Part shown: one piece after another, positions 49,534 through 57,851 of the stretch
How positions within the stretch are numbered: the stretch's first letter is position 1
Layout: every line of letters starts with the position of its first letter
From: a virus
DNA: 64,000 nt
IMG/VR virus record: IMGVR_UViG_3300010354_000065
Location: 10,808-74,807 of that record
Direction: 5' to 3' (one strand)
The notes under the pieces: generated by a model
The model's input: the letters and a program-made list of their open reading frames with translations, nothing else
Database searches by the model: none
Told to the model about the DNA's origin: nothing
Program-made: the position numbers and the translations under genes

Positions 49534-49688
49534 TACCATTTGTTTAATGCTATCGCGCCAATTTGTCAACAAAGTAGCTAACTCTGACAAGCGAATAGCG
49601 GTTGTATCAGGACCTGTTCCTCGCACAGTTAGGCCCGCATAGTCTATGCGTCCATAGACGATACCCTGATAGCATTAAACAAATGGTA
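49534..49688 (-). ncRNA. structured RNA element E
   Basis: perfect 21-bp terminal inverted repeat TACCATTTGTTTAATGCTATC/GATAGCATTAAACAAATGGTA; internal GTATC/GATAC, GTCTATG/CATAGAC, GGGCC/GGTCC, TTGTCA/TGACAA. Confidence 0.7.
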
Positions 49689-49759
49689 CACCTAGGGAGA
49701 ATCGAACTCCTCGTTTCCGCCTTGAAAGGGCAGCGTCCTAGCCGTTAGACGATAGGTGC
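49684..49759 (-). tRNA. tRNA-Glu(UUC), first gene of the array
   Basis: CTGCC-CT-TTC-AA-GGCGG, CCA. Confidence 0.95.
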
Positions 49760-49823
49760 ACGTAACCATCTACAAATTGTAAAAGAGCAAAGTAGTCAAT
49801 GTTGTTAACTACTCAATATGAAC

Positions 49824-49852
49824 ATTATATGACAAAACAAACATCTTGTCAA
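49824..49852 (-). promoter_or_regulatory. consensus sigma70 promoter TTGACA-17-TATAAT upstream of the tRNA array
   Basis: exact consensus hexamers, 17-nt spacer. Confidence 0.85.
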
Positions 49853-49877
49853 CAGTCCATTTTTGGTTAAATAACCA

Positions 49878-49914
49878 CAAACAAAAAACCCCGGTTTCTT
49901 TCGATTCCGGGGTT
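49878..49914 (-). terminator. intrinsic terminator (attenuator terminator hairpin)
   Basis: AACCCCGG-AATCGAAAGAAA-CCGGGGTT followed by TTTTGTTTG. Confidence 0.85.
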
Positions 49915-49954
49915 CCTGGTTTGTAGATACTTGTGCTACAGCTTCAGGTTCCCC
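49909..49954 (-). promoter_or_regulatory. candidate antiterminator hairpin
   Basis: GGGG-AA-CCTG-AAGC-TGTAG..CTACA-AAC-CAGG-AA-CCCC; its 3' arm uses the terminator 5' arm and its 5' arm spans the leader stop codon. Confidence 0.7.
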
Positions 49955-50051
49955 TCACTCCAATCCATGTATTATAGGCGCATGGGCGAGCGACGGTCAA
50001 CAGACCGGGCTGCTTGCGCTCAATAAACGATGATATGTGAAGGTGAACCAT
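49944..50051 (-). CDS. candidate attenuator leader peptide MVHLHISSFIERKQPGLLTVARPCAYNTWIGVRGT
   Basis: GAGG SD 6 nt before the ATG; 35 codons, 19 amino-acid types; stop lies inside the antiterminator 5' arm. Confidence 0.65.
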   Translation of the reverse strand: MVHLHISSFIERKQPGLLTVARPCAYNTWIGVRGT

Positions 50052-50086
50052 TTTTTTCCTCATAGTACTACTATATATGTCTTCTT

Positions 50087-50647
50087 TTAGTCGACAATAC
50101 AATCCTCAAAAATTTTTTTTGCCTTGTCCCACTGTAGCCTTTGTTTGGTTTCTAAGTCACCGAGCACCACGCACGCAACGTATCTCGGATACTTACTGTT
50201 ATGGACAGCATGAATCCTACCAACGTTAACAAGGCTTGGTGTACCAATAGATGCTGAGTAGGCGTGAATAAGATCTTCTCGTGGTGCGTAAGAATATTGT
50301 GTGTTAATAACTGTTGTGTTTGTTTTAAGAGTGGCACCTGGCCGTAGCTCGTACCAATCCATTGTGCTATTTTCACCACCTCTCATCCAGTTGAGTTTTA
50401 CAACATCGTTAATTTCCGGACTATCTGAATGAGGCTCTAAAGTCCGGCCTGGTGGAGTGTAGAAGTACTCACCAGCAATAACAAACAAGCTTCTTAGACT
50501 CAACCATCCTTTAAATTCATCATCCATATCTGCTTTGTGAAAGCGAGTATGGTAGTGCAGCTGCGTATTGGGAACCGGATATTCAGGAAATGTAAATGAT
50601 ACCGGTATTTTCAGATGATGGTGATACTTGTTTATAAAAGAGGCCAT
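50087..50647 (-). CDS. 2OG-Fe(II) oxygenase/cupin-like protein
   Basis: YTPPG...PHSD, KLNW, LVNVG.IHAV.N...R; ATG at 50647 preferred. Confidence 0.65.
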   Translation of the reverse strand: MASFINKYHHHLKIPVSFTFPEYPVPNTQLHYHTRFHKADMDDEFKGWLSLRSLFVIAGEYFYTPPGRTLEPHSDSPEINDVVKLNWMRGGENSTMDWYELRPGATLKTNTTVINTQYSYAPREDLIHAYSASIGTPSLVNVGRIHAVHNSKYPRYVACVVLGDLETKQRLQWDKAKKIFEDCIVD

Positions 50648-51261
50648 TTGACTATTGAACGATGAAGGTCGATCAAGAACACGAGACGTCGGTACGATGA
50701 GTTGTTCCACGCACTATGTTCACATTGATTGTCAAAAGCAAACACGTTGTCCCAATGAATAAAGATTGTCCGCTCAATTTCAAATGTGATATCCCCTTCA
50801 GGTACTATTAGAGGGATATGACATCTCACGTACTGTTTACGTCGATTTTCAATTCCAGTATGACGACCTATACGACTATGAGCTTCCATAATGCTATATG
50901 TCGCGATCGGACAAGCAATCTGTCCACCTTCAACTCCATCTGGATAAAGATTGTCAAAATGATCAACAAGCTTCCAGGCAGCAGGATATTTGTCTCGGTT
51001 CGTAGCCGATTTGGTATTAACACCAGGATCCGTATACCGTAACCCCTCAACTTTCCATGCATCACCTGCAGCTGCATTACCAGCTGTCTTCCACTGACCA
51101 ACGGTTTTCATTTTATATTTTGGATCAAGCTCGCGTTCTTCAGGTGTTGGTTGTTTGTCACTAAAATTAGGAAAAATTTTCAAAAAATCCGCCGTCATTC
51201 CTTCACGAAAAGTATTGAAAAAATCAGTGAATATGAATTCGTCTGCTAGTTGATACTTCAT
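50632..51261 (-). CDS. aspartyl/asparaginyl beta-hydroxylase family oxygenase
   Basis: YS.M...S.I.RHTG.EN, RCHIPL.VP.G, FDN...HSAWN....RLVFLID; ATG at 51261. Confidence 0.88.
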   Translation of the reverse strand: MKYQLADEFIFTDFFNTFREGMTADFLKIFPNFSDKQPTPEERELDPKYKMKTVGQWKTAGNAAAGDAWKVEGLRYTDPGVNTKSATNRDKYPAAWKLVDHFDNLYPDGVEGGQIACPIATYSIMEAHSRIGRHTGIENRRKQYVRCHIPLIVPEGDITFEIERTIFIHWDNVFAFDNQCEHSAWNNSSYRRLVFLIDLHRSIVKWPLL

Positions 51262-51778
51262 GTCGATCTCTCGCTTGTCTATAAAATATATGATTACCAA
51301 TTTGTGTAGTTCTATACAGCCGCCACTTTGGATTTATAGCCACACTGTGAAAGTATGTAGCTCCTTTTGTAACATCATCAATTAGCTCATGGTAAAGTAA
51401 GACTAAAATAGAGAAGTCCACAATATCATGATACAACTGCGTGTGTTTGATAGCGTTCCGTCGCTTCGTAATAGAAGGATCACACAACCAGCTGAATTGG
51501 CATACGCCGTTTTGCTTTTGATGAACAACATTACATATTGTACTTGGGAATTTGTACGACAAGACCCTGTTGATAGTCACAAAAGCAACTGCTAACTTAC
51601 CATTTACTGACTCAGAAGCCGCCTCGAAGTAAATATTTTCAGCAAGACACGTTACTTGTCGTTGTGATTCTTTACTTAACTCATGAAAACTCGGTGAGAG
51701 TGGCAAGTTTGAAGGAATTGCCGCGGCTGCTGAGAGTATAAATGTTGAAAGCAGAAATCCTGTCAGGATAGCTCTCAT
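51224..51778 (-). CDS. cell wall hydrolase, SleB (Hydrolase_2) family
   Basis: signal peptide, CLAENIYFEA, AVA.VT.NRV, CQFSW, GATYFH, IGNHIFY. Confidence 0.92.
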   Translation of the reverse strand: MRAILTGFLLSTFILSAAAAIPSNLPLSPSFHELSKESQRQVTCLAENIYFEAASESVNGKLAVAFVTINRVLSYKFPSTICNVVHQKQNGVCQFSWLCDPSITKRRNAIKHTQLYHDIVDFSILVLLYHELIDDVTKGATYFHSVAINPKWRLYRTTQIGNHIFYRQARDRHEVSTSRRIHIH

Positions 51779-51795
51779 TTATCTCTCCTTTTAAA

Positions 51796-52096
51796 GAGGT
51801 GGGTTATTCTGTTACGAGGAAACCCACCGAAACCCTAAGCCGTGTTTAGGCGGCTAATGCGAAACGTTCATCGTTTGCGTTTACTTAATTTACTTTTAAC
51901 GACTCTCTGTGTCGGATCGTCCATATTTCTACTCTTTGCCCTGTCGAAACCAGGTCAGGCCCATCAAAAGCATACACAATTCCTCACCTTGTAGGAGTCT
52001 CATATTTCAGAGCCGATCCCTGTATGCTTTTGGTGGACCTGGGCGGAATCGAACCGCCGTCCAGAACACCTTTCGATCTACTTCATACGATCGTAA
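51796..52096 (-). ncRNA. ssrA: circularly permuted two-piece tmRNA; tag (A)ANDERFALAA
   Basis: acceptor piece ...GGCGGTTCGATTCCGCC-CAGGTCC-A-CCA (CCA at 52033-52031) precedes the coding piece GGGCCTGA.. (G1 at 51962), G3:U70 pair; tag ORF 51878-51846; outer ends approximate. Confidence 0.92.
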
Positions 52097-52098
52097 AA

Positions 52099-52473
52099 CT
52101 ACTTATCTACCTTCTGATGATACGGCACAGTCATTTTTCTTTCTGTGCTTGTCTTCATATGGCTATGTGCCTTCGCACTATTCCGGATTATATCATAAGA
52201 TACGTGATGAGTAAACCCATCTTTGTCTTCATGAGAAGACGCTGCCTGTACAGTATGTGTTTTATAATTGCCATACGACTTTGTATGAATCCGGTAATGT
52301 AGATTACCACTACCTCCATGCGCAAGGTCATGGTTTGTAATAATGCCATGCTCTTTACTCTGCTTGATGTGTTTCACAGCTGTCTTTGGAATATGCTTTG
52401 CAAGCTCATGACCAGACATCCACTCGGATGTAGTCTTGTTTTCTTCCGTAATAAACTCTGTAAAAGTTAACAT
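52099..52473 (-). CDS. probable internal head (virion) protein
   Basis: N-terminus MLTFTEFITEE resembles the T4 internal-protein capsid-targeting/protease-cleavage leader; TAAATA upstream; His/Lys rich. Confidence 0.5.
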   Translation of the reverse strand: MLTFTEFITEENKTTSEWMSGHELAKHIPKTAVKHIKQSKEHGIITNHDLAHGGSGNLHYRIHTKSYGNYKTHTVQAASSHEDKDGFTHHVSYDIIRNSAKAHSHMKTSTERKMTVPYHQKVDK

Positions 52474-52496
52474 GCAGCGTCCTTTGTTTGTAATAT

Positions 52497-53282
52497 TTAT
52501 TTAACAAAGAATTTTTGCACAATCCATCCACAAAAATCCCATTCACCGGGTTTGTTTGCATACGCAAAATTATACTCATACGGACGAGCGTGGTGATTAT
52601 TATGTAGACCTTCACCTAAAGTCAACGCATTCCAAAGTTTATTGTTGATACTGTCATCTTTGGTATCAAAATTCTTGTATCCCCACATATGACCTAAGCT
52701 AAGTTGCGTTCCTGCAACAAATTGAACATACCCACATGGAATGACGTAGCAGAACAAAAACAAGTAAGGGTCAATAATAAGCAAGAGCACACAATACAAT
52801 GCAATAGTTGGCCAATACCAATTATGAAAAAACGTGACCGGCTTTTTGGCAAGAAGATCACGAATATGTTTGGTCTGTATTGCCTTTGTTTTTTCTTGAT
52901 CAACAAAACTAAAAAACGATCGCCAAAAACCTAGCTGCTTAGGACAGTGTGGATCAAGATCGGTATCGCTGTGAGCGTGGTGATAGCGATGGAGAGCAGA
53001 ATAGTGTATCGCTGTATGTGTTGTTCCCAACGTAGCAAGCAGCGCCATCAACCACTCACGTTTCGATCCAGTCTGAAAACTACGATGACTGAAGTACCGA
53101 TGTTGTCCAATTGAGTGTCCTACCTTAGAAATCAGCAACACTGCCACTACGGTTACGAGCACGTACCAAAAACTTACATTAACTGCAAGCATATACAACG
53201 CGACAGGCAACATTAAAAGATTCGTTGCCTGTACAAACTTTAACAGCTCGTAGCTGTGCCAGCCTTTTATTTTTTTAAGCAT
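52497..53282 (-). CDS. fatty acid desaturase (delta-9-like, membrane di-iron)
   Basis: His boxes HRYFSH, HRYHH, HNNHH; DPH.P; TM helices. Confidence 0.92.
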   Translation of the reverse strand: MLKKIKGWHSYELLKFVQATNLLMLPVALYMLAVNVSFWYVLVTVVAVLLISKVGHSIGQHRYFSHRSFQTGSKREWLMALLATLGTTHTAIHYSALHRYHHAHSDTDLDPHCPKQLGFWRSFFSFVDQEKTKAIQTKHIRDLLAKKPVTFFHNWYWPTIALYCVLLLIIDPYLFLFCYVIPCGYVQFVAGTQLSLGHMWGYKNFDTKDDSINNKLWNALTLGEGLHNNHHARPYEYNFAYANKPGEWDFCGWIVQKFFVK

Positions 53283-54231
53283 CGAGAACCCTTATTACAG
53301 ACAAGACATTTTTGCCTCCAAACCCCATATTGAACTTTATGAACTGATCCTTAACAAAGGGAACATCGTTCTTGATGATTCTTTCATCATCAACAATAGG
53401 GTCTACCAGTTTTTCGTTAGCAGGAGCTAATCCGTTACGGACACTATCTAGTGCTCCTCCAAGCTCGAGTAAGTACGAACTAGCAAGAGCATGACCATAA
53501 CGACCTTTTAGGGAAGATATGGGAATATCCATTCCAAAAGAATCAAACAACTTAAACTCGGCCGCATCACCTAAAGGAGTACCAGGGGAGTGTGCATTCC
53601 ACCAACCAATTGAAGGCATGTGGACACCGTGGAACATCTCTTTTATTTCGTCCAAAGACCCAATTGCTGTCTTCTCGTTGGGCTGTGTCATAAACCTCAT
53701 CGTTTGAACACACGCGACAGGATTTTTTGGTCTAGCAGACACAACAAAAAACGCCTGTGCCTTGCTCGGTCTAAATCCTTTGCTGTTTTTATCGAACGGA
53801 ATTCCTGTCTCTGGTGACACGGCACCTAGTGAATTGAACCAATGCATGTCAACAGGAGAGAAAAGATCAGCGCACGCAACAATTGCCGGCGTACCCATTG
53901 TCTCGCTCATAAGACCAGCTTGGTACAAACCGTAAGCTGAGGATGTACATGCTGACAGAACGGAGAATGTAGCCCCACGTAATCCAAGTATACGAGCGAT
54001 TTCCGCATGTACAGACTCCAATCCGCCAGAAAGACACAAAGACGGCTTAGAACGCTTTTTACCCGCTTTATAATCATCCATCATCGCTTCGTGGCCAGCG
54101 AAGTTGGCACGAGAAGAGGAGACCAAAACAGCAGGCCAGTCCGGCTGGTAATCAATACCAGGCCGGAACTGACCAAAGAACAGCCCGAGATCGAAATTGT
54201 TTTCGTACTTGTACTGTTCGATATAGATCAT
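53275..54231 (-). CDS. beta-ketoacyl synthase (FabB/FabF-like), compact
   Basis: SACTSS, AHSPGT..GD..E, SSLKG.YGH, GFGG.N: intact Cys-His-His triad. Confidence 0.85.
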   Translation of the reverse strand: MIYIEQYKYENNFDLGLFFGQFRPGIDYQPDWPAVLVSSSRANFAGHEAMMDDYKAGKKRSKPSLCLSGGLESVHAEIARILGLRGATFSVLSACTSSAYGLYQAGLMSETMGTPAIVACADLFSPVDMHWFNSLGAVSPETGIPFDKNSKGFRPSKAQAFFVVSARPKNPVACVQTMRFMTQPNEKTAIGSLDEIKEMFHGVHMPSIGWWNAHSPGTPLGDAAEFKLFDSFGMDIPISSLKGRYGHALASSYLLELGGALDSVRNGLAPANEKLVDPIVDDERIIKNDVPFVKDQFIKFNMGFGGKNVLSVIRVLDA

Positions 54232-54234
54232 GGA

Positions 54235-55185
54235 TTATGCAGCCTCCGCAAACTCAATAGCAGTCTCAAGAGCCTTCACTTTGAGGTTCTTATTAGGACC
54301 AAACCAAGCGGAAGTCAGCCGATTGTCAGCAGACTTACCAATCTCGTGATCAGTCAAGTATGTGACAGCATTGAACGCTTGCCACCAGCTACCCTCAGCG
54401 TACTGAGCACCGGGCTGAGTATGAACAACTTCCAAAGCACGAGTCGCCGATTTAGACAACTCCTTACGCTGAGGACCCTTTTCCTTGTTGTAAGCCAACA
54501 CAGGAAACACTTTGTTGAAGTACTCTTTCAGAGATTCGCCATTGTAACGCTTAGAACCAAGGAATTCAGCCATCTCTTTATACTTAGCGAGCTTGTCGGT
54601 AGCAATGCCCAGCTGCTCTTTTACTTGAGCAGCATCGAACTCAGTACGGTGGCTCTTTTTGACCATCCGATCAACTTGTTGATTCAGCGACAAAGTCAGT
54701 GTGTTATTACAAACAACCCGGATAGGAGTGAAACGCACGTCAGTAGACTGACCAAACTTATGAGGATTTGTAAACAAGAGGAATGAGTCAACACGATCAC
54801 CCTTAAACAGCTCGAATGATTCTTTGACTTTTGCCAGTACCCAAACAATTTGACCGTCGCGAAGCGCACCGGCAGTATGCATTTCCATGTCACCTGCAGC
54901 GCAGTACTCATGGAAGAACTCAAAGGCTTCCGTATTTTGCACAGGATTCCAGTCATTGGACACTACCGACAGCACACGATCGTCGGTATTACGAACAAGA
55001 GCGGACCAACCAACGTTTACTTGTTTACCATTGATGTTGGAAAACGCTGGGACTTTTTGAACTTGCCAGTTAAGGCCAGCCTTTTCCAGCATTTGATCAG
55101 GTGAAAGATCGCTAGGAACGCGAACACCAAGACCGTGCCAAGGAACTTCGCCTGCATACGCCATTGTTTCGACCATGTGTGCCAT
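54235..55185 (-). CDS. DUF932 phage/plasmid-like protein
   Basis: MAY.GE.PWHGLG, PVQN.EAF.FF, TAGAL..G, FTPIRVVCNNTL, W.AFNAVT. Confidence 0.9.
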   Translation of the reverse strand: MAHMVETMAYAGEVPWHGLGVRVPSDLSPDQMLEKAGLNWQVQKVPAFSNINGKQVNVGWSALVRNTDDRVLSVVSNDWNPVQNTEAFEFFHEYCAAGDMEMHTAGALRDGQIVWVLAKVKESFELFKGDRVDSFLLFTNPHKFGQSTDVRFTPIRVVCNNTLTLSLNQQVDRMVKKSHRTEFDAAQVKEQLGIATDKLAKYKEMAEFLGSKRYNGESLKEYFNKVFPVLAYNKEKGPQRKELSKSATRALEVVHTQPGAQYAEGSWWQAFNAVTYLTDHEIGKSADNRLTSAWFGPNKNLKVKALETAIEFAEAA

Positions 55186-55219
55186 AATTAAACCTCACTA
55201 AGTTGTTGAAAGAACGCCC

Positions 55220-55248
55220 AGTATATGTGTTTTTCAGAAACAAGTCAA
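55220..55248 (-). promoter_or_regulatory. sigma70-type early promoter TTGACT-17-TATACT
   Basis: motif and spacing seen directly. Confidence 0.7.
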
Positions 55249-55256
55249 CGGGTTAA

Positions 55257-55988
55257 TCAAAAACTTTTCAAATTTTCAAGGTCATCTTGATTTTTGACGT
55301 CGATAAGCATATGAACTCGCCATGTATCGCCATGATTTACAGCCCAATGCTTGATTCCTGAGTTCAAAAAATACACTCTACCGTCTGCTGGCATGTGTTT
55401 TTCTGTCAAAACACCCTTGTACTCAGTAAAAAACATGCATTTTTCGTTCGTCACAATGGGCAAGTGGAAGCGAGTGATGTAGGTTGGGTCGTAATCCGTG
55501 TGTGGTTTGATCTCAAACCCGGGTGCCATTGCCGCAAAACGCACTCTTGCAAGAGGTGCTTTAAACGAATCGAGGAATTTTTCCAAAGGACCTGCTACTC
55601 TTTCGTTTCTAACACCGTAGTTATGCTCGTCAGCTTCAGGAAGGTAATGAGGACTATCCTTTTTCAGTCGTTGAAAACGGATTTTGACGTTGTCTTCCTC
55701 GAGTTTGAACTCTTTTGAACGTTTTGAAGGGTCCATCCCTGTCAAATACAGCTGTACGTACTTCTCGCCTTCAAGCGGAGGCGCTTCATCTTCTTTAAAG
55801 AAGTTGTTTTTTGCGTAGTGATTAGCTTCGAGAATTTGTTTTATGTCACTGTTTGCGCTTGCTTTGACATCATTGTACAGATTCATATCAAGAAATCCCT
55901 GCTGCTCGCAGTAAGAACGAATTTCTTCAATGTCAAACGCAGGGATGTTCAGGACTCCAAAAGGAGGCAACTGTTTTCTGTTAAGCAT
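55257..55988 (-). CDS. aspartyl/asparaginyl beta-hydroxylase family oxygenase
   Basis: RVRFA.M.PG..IKPHTD, RFHLPI.TN, HWAVN.G...R.H. Confidence 0.88.
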   Translation of the reverse strand: MLNRKQLPPFGVLNIPAFDIEEIRSYCEQQGFLDMNLYNDVKASANSDIKQILEANHYAKNNFFKEDEAPPLEGEKYVQLYLTGMDPSKRSKEFKLEEDNVKIRFQRLKKDSPHYLPEADEHNYGVRNERVAGPLEKFLDSFKAPLARVRFAAMAPGFEIKPHTDYDPTYITRFHLPIVTNEKCMFFTEYKGVLTEKHMPADGRVYFLNSGIKHWAVNHGDTWRVHMLIDVKNQDDLENLKSF

Positions 55989-56715
55989 CTTTACGTACCA
56001 ACTTGATCACTTGATAACCTAGGTCAAACTCCCACCATTTACGTTGGAATTTTTCCGATGCCGGCTCTGCATGGTGGTTGTTATGCCACCCTTCTCCGAA
56101 CACAAGATATCCTGTAACAAAATTACACGTACTATTGTCTTTGGTTTCGTAATTACGATAACCAAGCATGTGGTTTACCGTATTAATGGCACTGCCAGCG
56201 TTCCATACAAGGGCAGCAGGTACCAGGTACACATAAACAACAGCAAAAGGATCAACAAAAAAAAGAAAAAGTGCGATGAAGGCATGGATGTGAAAGTATT
56301 TTTGATGAACGGTTAAATGGAATTTGTCTCGAAGAAGATCGACCGCATACTTAATATTAACTGGTTCAAACATACTGAACCATTGCACGCACCACCAAGG
56401 TCGAGTATTAGGTGAATGAGGATCACCTTGCTTATCTGTATACCTGTGATGCTGACGGTGGGTTGCAACCCAACCTATTGAGCTGCCCACCGCAATGTAA
56501 GTACTCAACAGCGTACCAACTATTTCAAACCACCGTGGTGCTACCCATGCTTTATGAGACAACAATCTATGATATGTAACAGTTATAGACGTACCGCATA
56601 AAAAGTACACCACGATTGCAGCTACCCAATGATACCACTGGGCATAAATAATCATGGGAAGGATTGCTAAGTGAGCAATTAATTGGAGAGTAAAAAGTTT
56701 GTAGCTATCTTTCAT
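55981..56715 (-). CDS. fatty acid desaturase (delta-9-like), second copy
   Basis: HRLLSH, HRQHH, GDPHSP, GEGWHNNHH, WWEFD. Confidence 0.94.
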   Translation of the reverse strand: MKDSYKLFTLQLIAHLAILPMIIYAQWYHWVAAIVVYFLCGTSITVTYHRLLSHKAWVAPRWFEIVGTLLSTYIAVGSSIGWVATHRQHHRYTDKQGDPHSPNTRPWWCVQWFSMFEPVNIKYAVDLLRDKFHLTVHQKYFHIHAFIALFLFFVDPFAVVYVYLVPAALVWNAGSAINTVNHMLGYRNYETKDNSTCNFVTGYLVFGEGWHNNHHAEPASEKFQRKWWEFDLGYQVIKLVRKDA

Positions 56716-56753
56716 AATATACCTGCAGGTTAACCTACAAGTATATAGATGGT

Positions 56754-56942
56754 CTAACTTGAGTGTTCAGTAGGTACATGACGAATAGTACTTTTAATGA
56801 GCATTGGGACGTTCCTTTCTACATAATTACAGTAAACGTAACTAACAAACGTATCATCACGAGCTTCATTAAACAGTTGGATTTGACCAGACAAATAGTC
56901 GCACATATAAGTCCAAGCAAAATTACCAAAGTCTTCTTTCAT
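56754..56942 (-). CDS. hypothetical protein
   Basis: 62-aa ORF with GAGGAG SD. Confidence 0.55.
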   Translation of the reverse strand: MKEDFGNFAWTYMCDYLSGQIQLFNEARDDTFVSYVYCNYVERNVPMLIKSTIRHVPTEHSS

Positions 56943-56955
56943 AAAATCTCCTCAG

Positions 56956-56963
56956 TATAAATA
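56956..56963 (+). promoter_or_regulatory. T4-type late promoter TATAAATA
   Basis: exact consensus 28 nt upstream of ATG 56992. Confidence 0.7.
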
Positions 56964-56991
56964 GTCAATAATAACCCTAGGAAGGTATAAC

Positions 56992-57381
56992 ATGGCAAAG
57001 CAACTTTTCAACGCTATAATTCATACTGGAACACAAATTTTTTCAGATGAAGCTTAGTACACGTCTTTTCTTAAAGGACTAAACACGTCAGGTTCACCTA
57101 TGGAACAGATAGATCAGTATGTACAATCGTTAATATCGGCTGGTGATATTATTAAACAAAAACATCATAAAACTCTTGCTGGAAATGTTCCAACTTTCAC
57201 TACGAGTAAAATTTTTGCTTCCGAAGATGCGGCGTCAAGTTATCTTGAATGGCTTGGACAAGGGGAAGGTAAATCTTTGGCACTACAATGGATGCAACCT
57301 TTAGGATGGACATTTGTCAGTATAGTTTGCCGACCATTGGGAGACGAGGAATATGCCGCAATCGCTGCTACCGCGGATTAA
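56992..57381 (+). pseudogene. late gene interrupted by an in-frame TAG at codon 22 (nonsense allele or readthrough)
   Basis: promoter, GGAAGG SD and ATG 56992 in frame with ORF 57100..57381; single TAG at 57055-57057. Confidence 0.55.
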
Positions 57382-57851
57382 TTTAAATCAATATCATCGT
57401 AGTTAATTCCAGGAATAGATTTAACAATCATTTTTTCTGCCATATCATCGCCAAACGACATATTTTCGCGAAAGATTTCGACAAGCCCACGCCTTGCTAA
57501 TCCTTCACAAGCAAGAAAAGAACAAAGTGCGTTTGTTCGCCGAGCTACTTCGTGATCATTGGCGCTTATAAGACCCTCTGCTCGGACAAGCATTTCACTT
57601 ATTAGTACCAAATCTCTGCCGTAAGCACACATCTCGTGGTTTGCCATCATTTCATCAGCAACTTCGAGTAAATCAAACACCTCTTCGTCTGATAGTCCTT
57701 CAAGGAAATCTTTGACAGTCAGATAAGGAGTGTTTTGAAGTCGACTTGCCAGCAATCTTGTAGCTGGCAACATTTTTGTGTCCGAAACAATTCTATCATA
57801 TGCAATGCTAAAAGCATCTAGATTGTTGATTGATGTCATACGCGGACCCAT
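57378..57851 (-). CDS. hypothetical protein
   Basis: 157-aa ORF in the early gene run; start may be 57839. Confidence 0.7.
   Translation of the reverse strand: MGPRMTSINNLDAFSIAYDRIVSDTKMLPATRLLASRLQNTPYLTVKDFLEGLSDEEVFDLLEVADEMMANHEMCAYGRDLVLISEMLVRAEGLISANDHEVARRTNALCSFLACEGLARRGLVEIFRENMSFGDDMAEKMIVKSIPGINYDDIDLN

Noticed and set aside
49534-49688. Hammerhead, twister or HDV-like ribozyme in the array spacers
   Set aside because: Could not find the catalytic consensus (for example CUGANGA..GAAA) by eye; left as unknown ncRNA
54007-54786. 259-aa plus-strand ORF
   Set aside because: Antisense to the well-supported DUF932 and ketosynthase genes
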